From Marsupella aquatica (Eukaryota > Plantae > Marchantiophyta), in assembly GCA_973895155.1 (NCBI GenBank), contig OZ316898.1:126751-190750 (forward strand): DNA of 64,000 bases. Reading direction: 5' to 3'. Position 1 is the first letter of the stretch. Each line of letters begins with the position of its first letter. The translations under genes were made by a program, and so were the position numbers. This document shows positions 58,201 to 64,000 of the stretch, piece by piece. The notes beneath the pieces are model-generated. The model saw only the letters and a program-made list of their open reading frames with translations, searched no databases and was not told the origin of the DNA.

Positions 58201-59915
58201 GCTTCAAGGCCGACCTAAGGGAGAAGGACGAGATGCTCGAACAGACTTACGCCAAGATGAACCAGATGGAGTCTGTCATCATTGCAGAGCTCGACAAGGA
58301 GCTAAGAGCAACCCAGGAGGAGAGGGCTACCTTGAAGAAGGAATTGGAGGAAGCCCACAGGGAGCAGGAGGAGGCCAAAAACGAGCTGGAGGGGGCACGT
58401 AAGGACCTGGATGAAACCCAAGAGGAGTTGGAGGAAATCACGAGGAAGATGGAGAACCTACAGCGGCGGGCCGACAACCAAACAGAGCGGCTGAAGAAAC
58501 AAGCCGCAGTATTTAAATGCTTAGCTGCAGCAGGTCCATCTCCCGTTGGGACAAACCAGTTACCAGGGGTGGTAATTGCCGAAGGACAAGCCGCGCCACC
58601 TGCACCAGTGCCGGAAGTAAGTGGGAAGGGGAAGGGACCAGCTGCCGAGCCACCAACGAAGAAGAAGCGGAAACCTTCAGGGTCAAGGAGTAATACGACT
58701 TCACAGGCCGTGGTGATCAAGGAGGTAGACCCAGCACCGACCCCAGACAGGGTCACGGCTAGGGATCCAACTACCCTAGGGGAAGGGGAGGCCGAAGCCG
58801 AGGGAGTGGCTGAGGCCGAAGCCGTGGGTATTGCCGAGGCCGGTGTCGAGGCTGAAGCCGAAGGTGGACCCAGTCAGGCCGATGGAGAGTTGACTCAGTC
58901 AAGGGCAGGTAATCTGTCAGAGAATGAACCTATGGCAGTGGCTGAGGAGGAAGCGTTGGGGGCGTCCATTAAGGATCCACCACCGGTGTCGTGACGGTGC
59001 AAGGGCGCCGTTCCTTTTAGGGAGGGCGGACGTGGAGGGAGGAGGCGTGAGTGGGCAGGGCGGGCGCGGATCTCCACGTTTAGGATTAGGATCAGAACCA
59101 GGAGCGGCCCTGACACTTAGCTTAGTGGGATTGCGGTTCCACTGGTAGGAGCAACACTTGTGCTCCTGCCTTGCTGTACATAGGTAGATTCGGGCAAGTA
59201 GATTACTGTCAGGTAGATTAGGCTTACGATGCAAAGAATGGCGGATCCACTACCAGGATAAGTACCTGGGCAACGGGGAGCTCAGGGCCTCTTCTTTAGC
59301 AAGTTTTTAGTTTGCACCAGCCGGGCTGGGATCAAGTAGTACGAGAAGCTCTCGGTTAGTCATACAGTGACCCTTGTGTATATTCATGTTTCCTCATGCC
59401 TAAGAGCTGAATAGAGTTGGCCTCACGGCTTAGTTCGCAGAACTTGTGTATGAGATGTACTGTTTGTATGGCAAGTGCATGGTATGACTCAGTCAGAATG
59501 AGTCATTTTGCTATTTGTGTGTCGCATTAACTTGTGTGAAGAGTGCCCACATCAACAGAAGGAAGGAAAGTAAGCAGGGGAGTGAGAGTTGGATGTGTCG
59601 AGCTGAGAGAGGTCTTAGCGGCTTAACCAAGCCTATTGGGGATCATTCCGGCGGCGGAATCCAAACATACCTAACAAGACGGAGGGGAAGACAGGGGAAG
59701 ACAGGGGAAGGCCTATATTAGGCCGGCTACGTATCTCATGACCCGATGAAGGATCTGTCCAGTATATGTGTGTAAAATGTTAATAGTAGTAGTAGAAGGT
59801 TAGCAGCGTCCCATGCCGCTAAGCCACGGAAACGGCCTCGCCAAGCACGAAACCTGCGGGAATCGGCTTGAGCTGGGGGGTTTCTTGGGTTTAGGGAGCC
59901 ATGGGACGCACCACA
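55280..59915 (+). mobile_element. Complete X1 solo LTR (4636 bp) with intact ORF
   Basis: TGTGATGC...GCACCACA, TSD GTAGT (55275-55279 and 59916-59920), no adjacent PBS or PPT. Confidence 0.96.
55395..58994 (+). CDS. LTR-encoded accessory protein (1199 aa from the first ATG; 1113 aa from the conserved ATG at 55653)
   Basis: Uninterrupted 3.6-kb frame; synonymous differences to X2 copies in the core; KRKG...PAKRTR and PTKKKRK basic motifs; E/K/L-rich heptad coiled coil; no Gag, RT or integrase motifs. Confidence 0.9.
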   Translation: MEPGPRPEVRLRVKTRLGLGRVKRRRLGRINGKKDRQRRGVRSACRRWWLICEHELGRRLREANYCQLLRQALGERVDTDDRPKEGMSNVNQAAHFWGCLFERATEYIKTYEDEESERAARERQELARLWELQKTAFLGGELIKDEFLWTPTSNQLDDLLFCKDSVVGIREAIKNCNDIHWELKGSTERWTQATVLGETSTAAEMKRKGAINDEATPAKRTRSAAPKKPAEQQSRKQGEAEEEEVDPIKAIPTRDDTWKGWAATLPVEVQLHFAREENACFTAMQTKKYQGFMAGSGLEAFVRLPWLKPEVPESDLLEFVGSWEPETNCTRIYGRDFYLTPKVIAEVFGLPIGNKTKVDTRKTLPDKEFRSFPGPSTKNGFFRNTCTNPHIGEMIDFLRVTMHCNLPRAEIGKAQVYLAERPDPSRDYNGYLLNQLKKILKEEQQVIGMGSVSRLGYHMPLLCRYARGQTFAPVLPLQVRAPEEAPTPRPLAEKPQPPVSPTIEQVFRPRKEDLPMQQPGMQSLLKLLEKEKKSASATTTATATMQDTTTEVGLHLLTRENPFAGNKERIRSESKPGVRMYVGTSSSESEAELPEAPTDEEEREKPDVQEVEEAVEDCSHDNSGYGSDHHVPGVRTCGWFVPTLPRVVRGDPNQQSSPESPPPDVAPLSFDGIKQTVQEFQERIKQEEEAALAKEKDLPGGDWPEDIRRLAEKGSKPLATIEEIRRTAWEQRPRWAMPITSTYSTYAKNRAMEYGEMCGELALDIFGEELEIGPFFHREQLEKHQLEEAVALERSKKDEVIRRLRRMEAEIEDLRAAKKAQDELRIKRHELNIMQGQLDTAQADNQNIKDKLTQTQEELADTIKEREKWKQELKNTEEAHITANSRAMAETQRKEWALKGELEKIRGALEQKEVELGKSYQGIMALQQELASLTASFKADLREKDEMLEQTYAKMNQMESVIIAELDKELRATQEERATLKKELEEAHREQEEAKNELEGARKDLDETQEELEEITRKMENLQRRADNQTERLKKQAAVFKCLAAAGPSPVGTNQLPGVVIAEGQAAPPAPVPEVSGKGKGPAAEPPTKKKRKPSGSRSNTTSQAVVIKEVDPAPTPDRVTARDPTTLGEGEAEAEGVAEAEAVGIAEAGVEAEAEGGPSQADGELTQSRAGNLSENEPMAVAEEEALGASIKDPPPVS

Positions 59916-60543
59916 GTAGTCACAACTGCCTGTACAAGGTCACAATGAAGGTAAGCCGCTTTGCTTACAATAGCTACCAAGGATTTCTCGTGCAATACCC
60001 AAATTTTCTTCCGGTTCCCAATTACTTTTGGCTTGGTCATAGCCAACCCACTTCACCAAATACTCCAAGATTTGTCTTCCCAACTTATTGTAATAGGAAA
60101 TGTTATCTTATGTGGAAGAAATGGTTTTCAATGACCACATTGAGGAACTTGAATGGCTATTAAAGCATCTTTGAAGTATGTTAAGCTTAAATCATACCAA
60201 GGTGCATTTGGGCAAGAAGTAGCTCAAACTTTTATCAAGATTGTGTTACCCACCTTCTACTTAGTAGTTCATGAGAAAAATTACACCAAGTAAGTGAAGG
60301 AAATCAAAAAGTTATTCCATCCGGATTTTGATCTGATTAGGACACACCACCTGGTAGAAAATTGATGACAATTTCCAAACCATTTAACCAAATCCCCGAC
60401 CAAACCAAGATCTTTAAAGTGTGTTGGAAAGCTCTCTCTGAGGCGATTAAGGTAGATATAAAGATGTCTGAAAATGGATTTGAAATGACCCCATTTAAGA
60501 TTATGAGACACCAACCGGTGCAACCAAGAGATATCCAAGATTT

Positions 60544-63500
60544 GGGTATCACCACCGTGCCAGGAAACAGGAAAATCCAAACAGGAAACAGCAAAAAGGA
60601 AACAGGATTGAAAATTCATTCAACCAAAATGTCAACAATATGTCCCAAAACAACATGTGAAAAGAGAATATTCCATGAATAACCCGGCTAGTCACTGGGT
60701 AAAAACGTTCAAAATCCAAAGCAATGTTCACTTTTAATCATCCAGGGTTCCATACATAGCGATCGACTCAAACGTGAAAACATCATAGCACCAAGCGCTA
60801 CCCAAAACTGAATACCGTAATGAAACACAACCATGAAACATCATAGCGCCAGGCGCTACCCAAAAATGAATACCGTAATGATAACAGTTAACAAAACTCA
60901 AGCCAAAAATGATTTTTAGAAAAGCGAAAACATTATGTATACACGCTTCTACTAATGAAGCACAATACAAAATTCCAAAATGAGGAGCCTAAAGTCCACC
61001 TCCACCGATTCAAAATTATTCACTGGATCACAGATAGCATCAGTGAAACAAGTATCTCCAGGAGGTACCTAAGAGTTTGACCACAATTCTATTCAAGAAT
61101 GTCGGATCAAAGAAAGACCCAAATCTGTCATTGAGCCCTGCAAACTGTAGTCAACCTCACCCTAATAGAGTAATCCTCGGTGAAAGAACCCATTCACAAG
61201 CCTAACCTAACCCCAAAATGAAGCACCAAGTGCACCTCCTCCGATTCCAAACTACAAACCGGATGTGGGTCGCCTCCATGAAATGAGTAGCGCCAGGCGC
61301 TACCCAAGACCATGACCATGATCCCGGATCAAACGAAGATTCACATTCATCATTGAGCCCTGCCTTCTTGCGTTTTGGCTTCTGTCAAAAGCCAAATGTT
61401 TGAGTTGCAAAGTACCGCGCACTAGGAAGCCTTCGCAAAGGGCGCGATGAAGACTCAGGCAGGTTTGTATCATAGAAATTGATGACCAAGAAATTTGGCA
61501 GACTTAAATTTGGCAGACCCTAAACACATCCCAGAAGACATTCGATGAAGGATGTTCAGGAGTTGGATAATGAATTGAGAATCGCTCCTGAAATGGCCTC
61601 GGAGGAGAATCAGGAAGCCAAGGAATGTTCCATTCATTCGGGCTCATACCCTCGTCCGTGGGCAGCTGAAGATGATTCCTTATGTCGGAAGTCTTGGTCA
61701 CGCGACTCTTGGTGTCTGCAATCAATGTTGATGACCCAAAGTTGACCGTCTGATTGGTCTGCTCCTCCAACACTGGCACTTCCCTCTGGGGCCGCACAAT
61801 GTTATTGACATTGACACCAAGACGCTCCATATCGTCCACTAACAATTACTTTGATCCTCGGGGGCCTCAATCCAAGGGGTGTCCCATATCACACTCAAAG
61901 TTTTGGGGGAATAAACACCCTAAAACTTAAGTCAATAAAGTTTTTTTTAAGGAATTTTTTACCCCTAACTTAATGGGTATTCCAAGAATATTCCCATATT
62001 TGATTTAAAAAAACCCTATGATTCTTATAATTCTCAAAATTGGATTAAAATAACCCTAATGTTCTTCAACAAAAATTTAAAAGTATTTCATTAAACCCAA
62101 TAAAAAACCCTATACTGATTCGCGCGTGATGGGTCGAAGAAAAGAAGTGAGGACCCCGGGCTTTGATCACGGTACTCATTGCTTATAGCGCATGAAACAA
62201 CCTTCAAGTGTAGAGTACACTTTCCAAACCGCCAGAGCACAATGTGAACAGTTGGAATGAAACTCGTCTGGAGGGCTTACTCGAATGTATGCCCCCCTCA
62301 AAGGATCATTGTTTTTTGGATTCAACGGACATACGACCCAACCTACGGATGAGAATGGACCAACGGGGAATATCGACCCAACGGGTGCTAACGTTCATTT
62401 CATTATGAACTTAACCGACAAAACTTCAACGGTAATACTCATTCTGGAAGGCATATTATTGGCTAACACCTGGCGCTATCAAAAACAAAGTCATTTCCAT
62501 GTCATTTTCGTTGCTTGAAAATTCCAAAAACATGTTATTTGGATAACCTCGGGCGCTATAAAAATAAGAGTCACCCAGAACATGTCCCCAAAAGAATCTG
62601 AATCCAAGTTTTGCAATGGTCTTTGGCATGAAGCCAGACGCTAAATTGAAATATACAACTTTCATATTTCTCCAAGCTCACTAGTGAACACAATATACCA
62701 ATTTGACTACAAATCTTTGTTAATGTCTGAACATTTTTATACAATGGAAATGATACAAATGGGGTTCTCATAACTGATCTACTCAGATGACTCTATCTCA
62801 CTACTATCGGATCTATCGGTAGACTCCACCTCATCGTCCACAAACTCACTCCGGCACATGTCATCCACAAATTTGTTCACCAAAAACTTCCTATCGGAAC
62901 CTCTCCTAAGTCTCAGACCTTTTGTTTCCCAAGACAATGTCCGAGACCTCTCTACTTTTCTGGCGGCTTTCTCAGCATAGGATGGGAGAATAAATGGTTT
63001 TTTGGGTGTAATCTCCATAGCTTCAGCGATCATTTTCCAGAGTTCAAACCTTCTCCGCGTATTCCACTTCGACCTGAAAGTTTCATCCATATTAAAACAA
63101 ACACTAAGTTTACCAAAAATATGTTGCTGAAAACAGTCGTACATTTGGAGTGAGCTTACGAGCATTACTCAGAAGACTCCTCATCCTCGGAATCATATTT
63201 TGATCCTGAGGGATTTATTTTCTCTGCCTCGTTGTCTCCTAGATTGACAACTGGAACCTCTTCCTCATCAGATTCCCCAGCAACATCCGGCTTGCTCTCT
63301 TCGGAATCAAAGTTCAAAATTGATCGTACTCTGTCCAACTTCTCTTTCCCTGTCCTTGACAATCTCTTCTCTGGAGTCAAAGTTGACTTTGGCTCCAAAA
63401 GGTCAGCTAAGGTACACTTTGAAGCCGTGACAAACTTTGTTCGCCCTTCCACCCCAACAACAAATCTACCACAATAGTCTCCCGCCACGAATGAACTTCC

Positions 63501-64000
63501 TGAGCAACAGGTCCAGTCGATCACAATATCCCCTAGACAGGAGATGATCTCTATAACGGACTGCATAAAACCAATTGTGAGCTGCCCATTTTGACAAGCC
63601 ACAAGTTCTGGCATTGGATTCGACTTTAAAGACGAAAGTCCTATCAGATTTGTAATTGATCGAAGGATCTTTGGAAGGCGACAATGGACGGAACTTGGGA
63701 TCTTTTGGTATTGTTGATTTTCTCAAAACCCAAGTATATCCAACCGCAGCGTGAAGATCTACAAAACAATAGAATAGTAAGGTCGTGAAACAAAAATATG
63801 TAGATGTATATTGATATACAAGATTAGCGCCTGGCGCTGGCCAAAATGGATGATATACAAGATTAGCGTCTGGCTTTGGCCAAAATGGATGTCATTCATT
63901 ACCTGAATGTCAGACTTAGGTTTGTACATAGGAAAGCCCATGACAACTGTATACGATGCAATACAATCAAAATTTTGCGACTGTTGGCATGCAGATATCA
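60544..64000. mobile_element. Left part of a putative DNA transposon related to the MITE at 28381
   Basis: GGGTATCACCACCGTGCCAGGAAACAGGAAAA at 60544 matches the MITE terminus GGGCATCACCACCGAGACAGGAAACAGGAAAA; shares TAGCGCCWGGCGCTA-like palindromes. The far end was not seen, so the extent is uncertain. Confidence 0.55.
63165..63758 (-). pseudogene. Degenerate amino-(N6A/N4C) DNA methyltransferase-like C-terminal SAM-binding region
   Basis: FMQSVIEIISCLGDIVIDWTCCSGSSFVAGDYCGRFVVGVE resembles the beta-class pattern LI..S..GD.VLDPF.GSGTT..A....GR..IG.E; possible splice acceptor TTTTGTAG at about 63759-63766. Confidence 0.55.

Noticed and set aside
55856-58756. Antisense and alternate-frame ORFs overlapping the LTR ORF and the gag-pol genes
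   Set aside because: Shadows of GC-rich coding sequence; they recur only because the DNA is repeated.
55280-59915. X unit as a DNA transposon or host gene (SMC/myosin-like coiled-coil protein)
   Set aside because: TG...CA ends, 5-bp TSDs and copies adjoining a PBS and a PPT identify it as an LTR; no DDE or ATPase motifs were seen.
59813-62771. Short ORFs such as 60362-60682 and 61504-61845
   Set aside because: No recognisable motifs; some cross element boundaries or lie in AT-rich repeated sequence.

Overview
Eukaryotic repeat DNA, most likely a land plant and possibly a non-seed plant (inferred from the element lineages; no host gene is visible). It is a nest of transposons that I resolved with target-site duplications (TSDs). 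The backbone is a minus-strand non-chromovirus Ty3/gypsy element (X2: 5' LTR 47817-55127, 3' LTR ending at 22068). Inserted into it are a second gypsy (Y, from 19534 leftwards), a young full-length Athila-like gypsy (Z, 29874-43427), a Bianca-type copia (22770-28332), a MITE (28381-28769) and an unrelated solo LTR (W, 51055-54245). Y itself contains a Tork-like copia (12112-18587) and two X1 LTRs. Main observation: the X and Y LTRs are about 4.0-4.6 kb and carry a large protein-coding gene inside the LTR. The solo LTR at 55280-59915 holds an intact ORF of about 1100-1200 aa with a conserved globular core, NLS-like motifs and a long coiled coil. Element Z carries a homologous ORF outside its LTR, between two identical polypurine tracts (PPTs), which suggests PPT switching as the route by which the gene entered the LTR. 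From 60544 a DNA-transposon end shared with the MITE precedes a degenerate amino-(N6A/N4C)-methyltransferase-like ORF. Names X1, X2, Y, Z and W are my own labels, and all homologies were judged by eye.
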